From: Heterodontus francisci
Lineage: Eukaryota
DNA length: 64,000 nt
NCBI RefSeq assembly: GCF_036365525.1
Contig: NC_090378.1
Span: 123,117,593 to 123,181,592 of the forward strand
Direction: 5' to 3'
Both the position numbers and the translations under genes were made by a program. Positions 52,190 through 64,000 of the stretch are shown one piece after another; position 1 is the first letter of the stretch; every line of letters starts with the position of its first letter. The notes beneath the pieces were generated by a model. It ran no database searches, was not told where the DNA came from, and saw only the letters and a list, made by a program, of their open reading frames with translations.

Positions 52190-52830
52190 TCTTTAATGTA
52201 GAGAAACATCGCACGCCACCTCACATGACATCAGGAAAACAGACACAAGTAATACAGAGAGATTAGGAGGGGTGACCAAATGCTTGGTTAAAGATGTGGG
52301 TTTTAAGGAGGGTGAAGTGTTTCAAGGAGACCAAGGTTAAAGGAGGTTCTAGATATGGGGGGTGGGTTAAGACTACGGAGGGATTTAAATCCAGAGAGTA
52401 GAATTTTACATTGAAATTTGAGGGTGTTTGGGGATGGAAGCCCAATGTAGGTCAGCATGGACGGGGGTGATGGTGAACAGGACTTGGTTTGGAACAGGAT
52501 AGAGAGAGCAGAGCTTCGGATGAGCTGAAGAATACAGAGAGTGGAGGATGGCAGTCTGGTCAGGAGAACACTGGAATAGTAAAGTTAGAGGTGACAAAGA
52601 CATGAAGAAGAGTTTCAGTAGTGGAAGGAGTGAGGGAGGGGCAGAGATGGGCAATGTTACAGAGGGGGAAGTGGATAATCATTGAGATGTGGAGGATTTG
52701 GGGTCAGATCAGGGTCAAAGATGAGACTAAGGTTGTAAAGAGTCTGGTTCGGCAGCAGACAGTGTTCAGGGAGAGGGATGGAGTTTGTACCAGGAACTGA
52801 AGACAATGGCTTTGATCTTCCCAATGTGTT
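52190..52830 (-). mobile_element. L2-like LINE 3' fragment
   Basis: Minus-strand remnants ITPVHADLHW and LLKTHIFNQAF, typical of the L2 ORF2 C-terminus. Confidence 0.7.
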
Positions 52831-52885
52831 CCCCAGTGAGACTGGGTCCTCAGTGCTGACTGGTCTTAGCTGCTGTTATTTTCTT

Positions 52886-53059
52886 TGATTGGACGGTTAT
52901 TATTAGAGACTCAGACCACAGCAGAAATCCCCAATGTAAAAAATAACTGCAAAGACTGTCAGATCGGAAGATTGAAACTTAACTAACAGAGGAAGTGAAA
53001 GAAGGAGCTCGGAGCAGCTGGACGTTTGTTAATGACACGGGACAAAACTGTGAACCGCA
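52886..53059. promoter_or_regulatory. Candidate lymphoid enhancer/promoter
   Basis: ATTGG 52888-52892; RUNX ACCACA 52915-52920; kB-like GGGGATTTCT (minus, 52923-52932); IRF half-site TGAAACT 52973-52979; EICE GGAAGTGAAA 52991-53000; E-box CAGCTG 53015-53020; RUNX AACCGCA 53053-53059. All lie in a unique island between TEs. Confidence 0.6.
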
Positions 53060-53239
53060 CACACTACCTAGAATCTTACAGCACAGAAGGAGGCCATTCA
53101 GCCCATCGTGCCTGTGAGCTACCCAATTCCTCCCACTGCCCCTCTCCAGCCCCATAACCCAGCAAATCTTTCCTTTTCAGGTCTATCTCCAATTCCCTCT
53201 TCTAGACCTGGGCCCACAGTACGAGACTGTCCCTAACCT

Positions 53240-54201
53240 GGGCTCGAAATTGGCATCTCATTCATTCATTGGAAGACAAAATGCCTGGTGTGGGAAATGG
53301 AGCTCAGGACTCGGAACATTCCCTCTCCCCTCCTGAGGGACACTTCATGCTGGGGTAACAGTTCCATGGACCCCGACAGCACATTCCTACCTCACCCACT
53401 TCCCCATTCTGTGGGTGAACAATATGATGGTCACACATGTGGTCCCCGTGCCGCCATGCTACCACGATCGACCGCACGGTGGCCCAACATAAAACGATGG
53501 TCGTGCTGCCCCCTCAATCACGTGGAGGGTGGGTGCTCTGCGACGCTGGCAACAGCATCAGCTGCCTTTACACAGGCGCTGGTGCCATTTTGAAAGGACA
53601 GCCAGTCCTGCTGCTACATTTACATTTTTAATGGCCTAACCCCTCCCCACCCAATGAACTGCAAAATAAACTCTCGCCCCTTCCCCCCAATAACAATTAA
53701 ATGTAATGGTTGTCCTCCTCTCCCCCAACAAAACACTTACCAGCAAGACTTGACCTTTCCCCCCAAACTGATCAAAGTTCAGAGGTCACCCCTTCCCACC
53801 CTCCCCTACACTATTAATGCTGATTGGATCCTGATCCCCCTCTCACTGCACTAAAGGTCCTAAGTCTCCCCCCATCCCCACCTCGGTGGTGCTAGTTTTC
53901 CCTGGACGGGGAAGTGAAGGTGTGAGTGCCGGCCGCCACTCGGAAGATCGCGGGCAGCCGGGAAGATTGCTGTTGATTTTATTTAAATTTATTCATTTAC
54001 TTAATTTAAATATGTAAAGTCGGATCCCATCACCCAGCAGCGGAGGGACCGCCCTGGAGCCACGTCACCACCAGGAAGATCGGGTCCGACACTCCTGGCG
54101 TCGGACTCCGTGTCCGGCCGCTGTCAGAATGATCTTCCGGCCCCCCCGCCACCATTCCCCGCCACGGATCCCGACATCGGGACCTCAACAAAATCCCAGC
54201 C
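53240..54201. mobile_element. Non-autonomous Harbinger-like DNA element
   Basis: Imperfect inverted ends gggctcgaaatt ... aaaatcccagcc. Internal GC-rich motifs (gggaagatcg, ttaatttaaat) are shared with 57348-57772. Confidence 0.55.
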
Positions 54202-54289
54202 TACATGTGTAAACCTGGACCCTGTTAGCAGGATATTTGACTGCAGGGGCCATCACAACTGTGTCCAATTCTGTCCCCACCTGAAATCC

Positions 54290-54929
54290 ACACACAACTT
54301 GCATTTATATAGCACCTTTAAAGTACAAAACATCACAAGATGCTTCACAGAGCCACAGTAAGAGGAACGGGGTAGGGGGTGAGGAGACTTTCGGAAGAGT
54401 GATCAAAGTCTTGGGTGAAAGGATGGAGTTTGATGGAGCAGAGAGAGACCTGGAGAGGGGGAGGGATTAATGGCGGGAGTTCAGAGAGCAGGGCCGAGGC
54501 ATCTGAAGGCTCTGCTGTCCATGGTGGGATGAAGGAAGCAGCGATGGGCAGGAGAGGCGAGTTAGAAGATGGAAGAGTGAGGGAGGGAATGTGAGTCTGC
54601 AGCAGGAGGCAGAGGGTAGGGAGGAGGGAAACAGAGGTCAGTGAGGTCAGGGTAGTAGGTCAGTGAGGTCAGGGGTAGTGTTGGAACGGCACTTGGTGTC
54701 AGACAGTGTACTGACCACTGCATTTCAGACAAGTCGGGGTTTATGGAGAGTGGATGAAAGAAGCCGGCAGCAGACATGGGAATAATCAAGTTTGGAGACA
54801 AGATGAGCAGGGATAAGGGTTTGTGTGGTCAAGGGGCTGATGTAGTGTAGAGACAGGCAATGTTGTGGGGACAGAAATAAGAGGCTCACATGATGGAGAG
54901 GATGTGGGGTTTGAAGCTCAACTACTTTA
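54290..54929 (-). mobile_element. L2-like LINE fragment
   Basis: Minus strand TLIPAHLVSKLDYS and an L2-type 3' end (cttgcatttatatagcacctt on +). Confidence 0.6.
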
Positions 54930-55677
54930 GGCCCAGTGGGAAGGAGGCCCATGTTTGCTGGTCCCTACTGGAGGGCCAGTGGGAAGGAGGCCCATGTTTA
55001 CTGGTCCCTATTGGATGCCCAGTGGGAAGGAGGCCCATGTTTACTGGTCCCTATTGGATGCCCAGTGGGAAGAAGGCCCATGTTTACTGGTCCCTATTGG
55101 AGGGTCCAGTGGGAAGGAGGCCCATGTTTACTGGTCCCTATTGGAGGGTCCAGTGGGAAGGAGGCCCGTGTTTACTGGTCCCTATTGGAGGCCCAGTGGG
55201 AAGGAGGCCCATGTTTGCTGGTCCCTATTGGAGGCCCAGTGGGAAGGAGGCCCATGTTTACTGGTCCCTATTGGATGCCCAGTGGGAAGGAGGCCCATGT
55301 TTACTGGTCCCTATTGGATGCCCAGTGGGAAGGAGGCCCATGTTTACTGGTCCCTATTGAAGGGTCCAGTGGGAAGGAGGCCCATGTTTATTGGTCCCGA
55401 TTGGAGGGTTCAGTGGGAAGGAGGCCCATGTTTACTGGTCCCTATTGGATGCCCAGTGGGAAGGAGGCCCATGTTTACTGGTCCCGATTGGAGGGTCCAG
55501 TGGGAAGGAGGCCCATGCTTACTGGTCCCTATTGAAGGGTCCAGTGGGAAGGAGGCCCATGTTTACTGGTCCCTATTGGAGGGTCCAGTGGGAAGGAGGC
55601 CCATGTTTACTGTTCCCTATTGGAGGTCCAGTGAGAAGGAGGCCCATGTTTACTGGTCCCTATTGGAGGTCCAGTGG
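54930..55677. repeat. 43/44-bp minisatellite, ~17 copies (CCAGTGGGAAGGAGGCCCATGTTTACTGGTCCCTATTGGAGGGT)
   Basis: Direct reading. Confidence 0.97.
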
Positions 55678-56589
55678 AACATGGTCACCATGGTTGATGT
55701 GAAGCAAAGCTCCTTCATGTTGTAAATGTGTGATTGTCGACCCCTCATCCCAGTAAAACCCCATGACCCGGAGCCTGACCATGGAAAGGGATGGAGACGG
55801 GAAGGGATTAGAACATGTTATGAGCTGACAGGATGGGGCAGTGGGTCAGACCCTATCCTGTCCCTCCAGCTCACACTGATGGGGTGAGGATCTCCTCTCT
55901 CTGCTGGGCCTTCACGAAATGAGCTTTCTGTCCAAACCAGTCCCAGTGAGAATAGACCAACAGCACAGAACTGCCCTAAATTTGACAATAATCTGCCAGT
56001 CTTACTGAGAGAGGTCAAAGCATGGTCACTGTGGGGAATGGGGCCTTACTCCAGGAGAAGGCATGTTTCTGGGGTCAAGAATTAACAACCATTGATGGGG
56101 CAGAGCAGAGGGAGTTTTACCCTTCATTTAACTGTGCTCCACCTGGGAGACTGTGGGAAAGAGAGAGAGGTGGAGGCTGTGAGACAGAGTGAGAGAAAGA
56201 GAGAGGGGGAGGCATTTAACTGCTGCACCAGGCCTCAAAGTGTTCCAGTCTCCAGTAATAACTCCTGTTATAGAGATCAGTTACAGAATTACAGAACAAT
56301 GGAGGGTGGGAGAGAGAGATGAGTCGGCAGAGGAACAAAGACAGAGAGATAGAGACAGGGAAAGAGGGAGAGAGAAACGCAATGGGAGAGAGAGACCAGA
56401 AATGAGAGAGAATGAGAAAGAGACAGAGCGACAGGGAGGAGAGCAAAACAGGGAGAGCGAGATGGGAAGAATGTGAAAGACAGATATGCAATGAGAGAGA
56501 GGAGGGTGAAAGTATAACTGAGAGAGATACAGAGAGGTGGACGAACAGGGTGATAGAAATCCAAGGATGAATTTTATGAGTGTTGTCGG

Positions 56590-57226
56590 GATGTAGACTG
56601 TGCAGATGTGTCGTCCCGGAGCCCCCGCGAAATTACACATAGGGGCTCATTTAAATAAAGGTGTATTATTGTAAAACTTTATTAAATAAAAATCTTTGTG
56701 ATGGAAGCCCTTCCCCAACTCCCCAATGGTCATTTCATTGCCCGAAATGATCAACAACTGGCTTTTTCAAATACCTGAACTTTCACCCCAACCTTCAATC
56801 TTTTACCCTTCAACCTCTTCCCACCATCCCCACATCCAATCAAAATTGTTTTCCCCGCTCCCCCGCTCCCCCACCCCTCCCGCCCTGAAAGTTTTATTCC
56901 TCCCCGCTATCCACCAGGTTCCCGCCTGGGAATTCCGTACGGAGTTCCGAAGGTGCGCGAGGTATGAACGGTGGTGGTAAAATCGGTGTGGGACAGCCGC
57001 ACCTGCAGGTAAGTTTATTTACATATCATTAAGGTTCATTTTAATATGGAGATGAAGGTCCTGCTGCCAGGTGGCAGTGGGCGGTGGCACCAATGTCCCC
57101 TCGCCACTGGTAATATGCGGCGAGCCCTTCTCCACAACATGGGGGGTCGAGGCGGGCGACTCCCCACATAATTTTACCTGCCCCAGCGCTGTGACCCGCG
57201 AGTGGAGGGGCTGGTAAAATTCAGCC
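56590..57226. mobile_element. Partial non-autonomous Harbinger-like element
   Basis: Ends in taaaattcagccc; internal motifs resemble the other MITE-like elements here. Confidence 0.5.
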
Positions 57227-57347
57227 CAGAGGCTCGAAAACTGAGACAGAGAGAGGGAGAGGGAGATAGAAAAAGAGGGTGAGAGAGAGAATGAGAGACA
57301 GAGAGAGAGACAGAGAGAGAGAGAGAGACAGAGAGAGGAGAAACAAT

Positions 57348-57772
57348 GTGCTGGATTCTATGAGCTCGTCAGCGAGTTCAGAAAATGACAGAAAATTCCC
57401 ACCATCCCCTCCATCCTGCTGTTTATTTGACCCTGTTTCCCCCCCAACTCCTGCACTGAGAAACTGACCTGCTCCCACCTCCCCACCAGTGTGGTGCCTT
57501 GTTTCCCAAGACAGGGTTCTGAAGGTGCGACACTGTGACGGACCCTCAAGATCACGGGTGAGTCGATTTAAATTCATTAATATTATTGATTTAAATGTTT
57601 AAATTGTGGTCCTGTCGCCCAGCGGCCGGGTGGTCGGCACGGAGCCTCCCCGTCACCGGGAGGATCGGGAGTAGCTCTGCCGGCGTCAAGGTCCGTGGTG
57701 GCCTCATCCGGAGCCAACTTCAGGATCTCCCACCAGGGATCACAATGTCGAGGGAGCCTTAAAATCCAGGCC
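57348..57772. mobile_element. Harbinger-like MITE
   Basis: Imperfect TIRs gtgctggattcta / taaaatccaggcc. Confidence 0.55.
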
Positions 57773-57779
57773 AGTGAGA

Positions 57780-58295
57780 CAGAGTAACAGAGAGAGAGAG
57801 GCAGAAAGAGAGGATGACAAAGAAAGAGCACAAAAGAGCAAAACAGAGACAAGGATAGAGAGAAGGGGAGAGAAAGAGAGTGAGTGAGGGAGAGGGATCG
57901 TGAGAGAGGGAGACAGAGGAAGTGGAAGAGAAGGAGGAGAGGGAGAGTGAGGAAGAGGAAGAGAGGGAGGAGAGGGAGAGTGAGGAAGAGGAAGAGAGGG
58001 AGACAGAGGAAGAGAGGGAGGAGAGGGAGAGTGAGGAAGAGGAAGAGAGGGAGACAGAGGAAGAGGAAAAGAGGGAGGAGAGTGAGAGTGAGGAAGAGGA
58101 AGAGAGGGAGGAGAGGGAGAGTGAGGAAGAGGAAGGGAGGGAGACAGGAAGAGGAAAAGAGGGAGAAGAGGGAGAGTCAGAGGGTGGAAGAGGAAGACAG
58201 GGAGACAGAGGGAGGAGAGGGAGAGTGAGGAAGAGGGAGGGAGGAGAGGGAGAGTGAGAGGGAGGGTGGAAGAGGGAGAGAGAAGAGGAAGTGAG
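57780..58295 (+). repeat. Polypurine (GA-rich) low-complexity tract upstream of the V promoter
   Basis: Nearly all-purine tract with repeated GAGGAAGAGGAAGAGAGG units. Confidence 0.9.
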
Positions 58296-58381
58296 AGTTG
58301 CTGACGTGCCTTTCTCTGGGTGATACCATTTACATACTGAGAAACAGGCAGTCAGACTCTCACAGGCTGCAGCTTTATAAA
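58283..58381 (+). promoter_or_regulatory. Ig V promoter: PU-box, CRE-like site, variant octamer, TATA
   Basis: AAGAGGAAGTG 58283-58293; TGACGT 58302-58307; ATTTACAT 58328-58335 (one mismatch to ATTTGCAT, ~110 bp before the ATG); TATAAA 58376-58381. Confidence 0.7.
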
Positions 58382-58441
58382 GCAGAGCCCAGTGAAGGGA
58401 GAGTTTATCAGTAACCAGGCACAGAGACAGGAGCAGGCACC

Positions 58442-58490
58442 ATGATTTCACCCATCCAGCTGATCTGGCCTCTGGCATTCTGCGTCGCAG
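58442..58490 (+). CDS. IGKV: Ig light-chain V leader exon (MISPIQLIWPLAFCVA)
   Basis: ATG 58442, hydrophobic signal peptide, phase-1 donor CAG|gtacaa. Resembles shark kappa (type III/NS4) leaders. Confidence 0.93.
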
Positions 58491-58676
58491 GTACAAATCT
58501 CTCTCCTTCCACGTTTAATATTTTCCTGCTGTTTATTTCAGTCCAATTCTACTGACTTGTGATTGGAGTGAAAATGCTGAAACATGAGGAGCGGTCACTG
58601 TCTCTAATAATATCTCATTTTACAGGGTCTTTCTGTGACAGTTCTTACTTCACTCTGTTTCTCTATTACCCCTCAG

Positions 58677-58978
58677 GTATCAGTGGAGACACCATCATCA
58701 TGACCCAGTCTCCACCGGCACTGTCAGTGACACTGGGACAGACCGCAACGATCACCTGTACGGCCAGCCAGTCCGTTAGCAAATATGTAGCTTGGTATCA
58801 GCAGCGAGACGGTCAGAAACCCACTCCCCTGATCTATGCTGCAACAACTCGATACACAGGAATATCGGAACGGTTCACCGGCAGTCAACAGAACCTCAAA
58901 TTCACTCTGACAATCAGTAATGTACAGAATGAGGATGTCGCAGATTATTACTGTCAGCAATATTACAGCTTCCCTCTA
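58677..58978 (+). CDS. IGKV: Ig kappa-type (chondrichthyan type III/NS4-like) V exon, unrearranged, open frame
   Basis: Acceptor cccctcag|; [13 protein letters not shown]...[19 protein letters not shown]...[10 protein letters not shown]...[26 protein letters not shown], with both Cys, the Trp and DYYC intact. Confidence 0.96.
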
Positions 58979-59006
58979 CACAGTGAGACAGAGCCGTACA
59001 AAAACC
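58979..59006 (+). other. 12-bp-spacer recombination signal sequence
   Basis: CACAGTG + AGACAGAGCCGT (12 bp) + ACAAAAACC. Perfect consensus; a 12-spacer on V is the kappa-type arrangement. Confidence 0.98.
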
Positions 59007-59011
59007 TCAAT

Positions 59012-62000
59012 ACACACAGTCCCACCTCCTGTACTGACACATCCCACAGTTATATATAATATATAATAATGAACACACAGTCCCACCTCCTGCACTGACA
59101 CATCCCACAGTTATATATAATATATAATAATGAACACACAGTCCCACCTCCTGTACTGACACATCCCACAGTTATATATAATATATAATAATGAACACAC
59201 AGTCCCACCTCCTGTACTGACACATCCCACAGTTATATATAATATATAATAATGGACACACAGTCCCACCTCCTGCACTGACACATCCCACAGTTATATA
59301 TAATATATAATAATGAACACACAGTCCCACCTCCTGTACTGACACATCCCACAGTTATATATAATATATAATAATGAACACACAGTCCCACCTCCTGTAC
59401 TGACACATCCCACAGTTATATATAATATATAATAATGAACACACAGTCCCACCTCCTGCACTGACACATCCCACAGTTATATATAATATATAATAATGAA
59501 CACACAGTCCCACCTCCTGTACTGACACGTCCCACAGTTATATATAATATATAATAATGGACACACAGTCCCACCTCCTGCACAGACACATCCCACAGTT
59601 ATATATAATATATAATAATGGACACACAGTCCCACCTCCTGCACTGACACATCCCACAGTTATATATAATATATAATAATGGACACACAGTCCCACCTCC
59701 TGTACTGACACGTCCCACAGTTATATATAATATATAATAATGGACACACAGTCCCACCTCCTGTACTGACACATCCCACAGTTATATATAATATATAATA
59801 ATGAACACACAGTCCCACCTCCTGTACTGACACGTCCCACAGTTATATATAATATATAATAATGAACACACAGTCCCACCTCCTGCACTGACACATCCCA
59901 CAGTTATATATAATATATAATAATGGACACACAGTCCCACCTCCTGCACTGACACATCCCACAGTTATATATAATATATAATAATGAACACACAGTCCCA
60001 CCTCCTGCACTGACACATCCCACAATTATATATAATATATAATAATGAACACACAGTCCCACCTCCTGTACTGACACGTCCCACAGTTATATATAATATA
60101 TAATAATGGACACACAGTCCCACCTCCTGTACTGACACATCCCACAGTTATATATAATCTATAATAATGGACACACAGTCCCACCTCCTGTACTGACACG
60201 TCCCACAGTTATATATAATATATAATAATGGACACACAGTCCCACCTCCTGTACTGAAACGTTCCACAGTTATATATAATATATAATAATGGACACACAG
60301 TCCCACCTCCTGTACTGAAATGTCCCACAGTTATATATAATATATAATAATGGACACACAGTCCCACCTCCTGTACTGACACGTCCCAAAGTTATATATA
60401 ATATATAATAATGGACACACAGTCCCACCTCCTGTACTGACATGTCCCACAGTTATATATAATATATAATAATGGACACACAGTCCCACCTCCTGTACTG
60501 ACACGTCCCACAGTTATATAATATAATAATGGACACACAGTCCCACCTCCTGGACTGACACGTCCCACAGTTATATATAATATATAATAATGGACACACA
60601 GTCCCACCTCCTGTACTGACACGTCCCACAGTTATATATAATATATAATAATGGACACACAGTCCCACCTCCTGTACTGACACATCCCACAGTTATATAT
60701 AATATATAATAATGGACACACAGTCCCACCTCCTGTACTGAGACGTCCCACAGTTATATAATATAATAATGGACACACAGTCCCACCTCCTGCACTGACA
60801 CGTCCCACAGTTCTATATAAGATATAATAATGAACACACAGTCCCACCTCCGGTACTGACACATCCCACAGTTATATATAATATATAATAATGGACACAC
60901 AGTCCCACCTCCTGTACTGACACGTCCACAGTTATATATAATATATAATAATGGACACACAGTCCCACCTCCTGTACTGACACGTCCCACAGTTATATAT
61001 AATATATAATAATGGACACACAGTCCCACCTCCTGTACTGACACGTCCACAGTTATATATAATATATAATAATGGACACACAGTCCCACCTCCTGTACTG
61101 ACACATCCCACAGTTATATATAATATATAATAATGGACACACAGTCCCACCTCCTGTACTGACACGTCCACAGTTATATATAATATATAATAATGGACAC
61201 ACAGTCCCACCTCCTGTACTGACACATCCCACAGTTATATAAAATATATAATAATGGATACACAGTCCCACCTCCTGTACTGACATGTCCCACAGTTATA
61301 TAATATAATAATGGACACACAGTCCCACCTCCTGTACTGACATGTCCCACAGTTATATAATATAATAATGGACACACAGTCCCACCTCCTGTACTGACAC
61401 ATCCCACAGTTATATATAATATATAATAATGGACACACAGTCCCACCTCCTGTACTGACATGTCCCACAGTTATATAATATAATAATGGACACACAGTCC
61501 CACCTCCTGTACTGACATGTCCCACAGTTATATAATATAATAATGGACACACAGTCCCACCTCCTGTACTGACACATCCCACTGTTATATATAATATATA
61601 ATAATGGACACACAGTCCCACCTCCTGTACTGACATGTCCCACAGTTATATAATATAATAATGGACACACAGTCCCACCTCCTGTACTGACACATCCCAC
61701 TGTTATATATAATATATAATAATGGACACACAGTCCCACCTCCTGTACTGACATGTCCCACAGTTATATAATATAATAATGGACACACAGTCCCACCTCC
61801 TGTACTGACACATCCCACTGTTATATATAATATATAATAATGGACACACAGTCCCAGCTCCTGTACTGACACGTCCCACAGTTATATATAATGTATAATA
61901 ATGGACACACAGTCCCACCTCCTGTACTGACACATCCCACAGATATATAATATAATAATGGACACACAGTCCCACCTCCTGCACTGACACATCCCACAGT

Positions 62001-64000
62001 TATATATAATATATAATAATGAACACACAGTCCCACCTCCTGTACTGACACATCCCACAGTTATATATAATATATAATAATGAACACACAGTCCCACCTC
62101 CTGTACTGACACATCCCACAGTTATATATAATATATAATAATGGACACACAGTCCCACCTCCTGCACTGACACATCCCACAGTTATATATAATATATAAT
62201 AATGAACACACAGTCCCACCTCCTGCACTGACACATCCCACAGTTATATATAATATATAATAATGAACACACAGTCCCACCTCCTGTACTGACACGTCCC
62301 ACAGTTATATATAATATATAATAATGGACACACAGTCCCACCTCCTGCACAGACACATCCCACAGTTATATATAATATATAATAATGGACACACAGTCCC
62401 ACCTCCTGCACTGACACATCCCACAGTTATATATAATATATAATAATGGACACACAGTCCCACCTCCTGTACTGACACGTCCCACAGTTATATATAATAT
62501 ATAATAATGGACACACAGTCCCACCTCCTGTACTGACACATCCCACAGTTATATATAATATATAATAATGAACACACAGTCCCACCTCCTGTACTGACAC
62601 GTCCCACAGTTATATATAATATATAATAATGAACACACAGTCCCACCTCCTGCACTGACACATCCCACAGTTATATATAATATATAATAATGGACACACA
62701 GTCCCACCTCCTGCACTGACACATCCCACAGTTATATATAATATATAATAATGAACACACAGTCCCACCTCCTGCACTGACACATCCCACAATTATATAT
62801 AATATATAATAATGAACACACAGTCCCACCTCCTGTACTGACACGTCCCACAGTTATATATAATATATAATAATGGACACACAGTCCCACCTCCTGTACT
62901 GACACATCCCACAGTTATATATAATCTATAATAATGGACACACAGTCCCACCTCCTGTACTGACACGTCCCACAGTTATATATAATATATAATAATGGAC
63001 ACACAGTCCCACCTCCTGTACTGAAACGTTCCACAGTTATATATAATATATAATAATGGACACACAGTCCCACCTCCTGTACTGAAATGTCCCACAGTTA
63101 TATATAATATATAATAATGGACACACAGTCCCACCTCCTGTACTGACACGTCCCAAAGTTATATATAATATATAATAATGGACACACAGTCCCACCTCCT
63201 GTACTGACATGTCCCACAGTTATATATAATATATAATAATGGACACACAGTCCCACCTCCTGTACTGACACGTCCCACAGTTATATAATATAATAATGGA
63301 CACACAGTCCCACCTCCTGGACTGACACGTCCCACAGTTATATATAATATATAATAATGGACACACAGTCCCACCTCCTGTACTGACACGTCCCACAGTT
63401 ATATATAATATATAATAATGGACACACAGTCCCACCTCCTGTACTGACACATCCCACAGTTATATATAATATATAATAATGGACACACAGTCCCACCTCC
63501 TGTACTGAGACGTCCCACAGTTATATAATATAATAATGGACACACAGTCCCACCTCCTGCACTGACACGTCCCACAGTTCTATATAAGATATAATAATGA
63601 ACACACAGTCCCACCTCCGGTACTGACACATCCCACAGTTATATATAATATATAATAATGGACACACAGTCCCACCTCCTGTACTGACACGTCCACAGTT
63701 ATATATAATATATAATAATGGACACACAGTCCCACCTCCTGTACTGACACGTCCCACAGTTATATATAATATATAATAATGGACACACAGTCCCACCTCC
63801 TGTACTGACACGTCCACAGTTATATATAATATATAATAATGGACACACAGTCCCACCTCCTGTACTGACACATCCCACAGTTATATATAATATATAATAA
63901 TGGACACACAGTCCCACCTCCTGTACTGACACGTCCACAGTTATATATAATATATAATAATGGACACACAGTCCCACCTCCTGTACTGACACATCCCACA
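59012..64000. repeat. 61-bp minisatellite (57-61 bp variants), >80 copies, truncated by the window end
   Basis: ACACACAGTCCCACCTCCTGTACTGACACATCCCACAGTTATATATAATATATAATAATG(A/G); higher-order period 2767 bp. Confidence 0.99.

Noticed and set aside
52864-52892. MHC-type X-Y box module
   Set aside because: Poor X-box match and X-Y spacing too short.
56027-56033. CACTGTG as a J-segment heptamer
   Set aside because: No nonamer at 12 or 23 bp and no FGxG reading downstream.
57531-57565. CACTGTG followed by a GTGAGT donor, J-like
   Set aside because: Lies inside a MITE-like element; no nonamer, no FGxG, and too short for a J.
57759-58496. Ser/Leu-, Glu- and Arg-rich ORFs
   Set aside because: Translations of the GA low-complexity tract.
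58559-58676. N-terminal part of the 166-aa ORF in the track
   Set aside because: This is the leader-V intron; the real N-terminus comes from the leader exon at 58442.

Overview
Eukaryotic genomic DNA, almost certainly from a cartilaginous fish (shark-type CR1/L2 LINEs, Harbinger-like elements, and a shark kappa/type III NS4-like Ig light-chain V gene). About 42 kb is five minisatellites: 36 bp x ~597, 23 bp x ~67, 32 bp x ~420, 43/44 bp x ~17, and 61 bp x >80 running off the right end. Most of the rest is decayed or nested transposons. The one clearly identifiable gene is an intact, unrearranged Ig kappa-type V segment (leader 58442-58490, V exon 58677-58978) with a perfect 12-RSS; no J or C lies in the window. 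The long ORFs in the track are by-products of the repeats. The main unexpected observation is a set of short candidate minus-strand exons of an unidentified gene or pseudogene in the unique islands. The three left-hand minisatellites each appear to be an amplified splice signal of these exons: a 5' donor (36 bp), a branch point plus pyrimidine tract (23 bp), and a 3' acceptor (32 bp). The 61-bp array starts 5 bp after the RSS nonamer. A compact candidate lymphoid regulatory element (EICE, RUNX, E-box, kB-like) lies about 5.4 kb upstream of the V gene.
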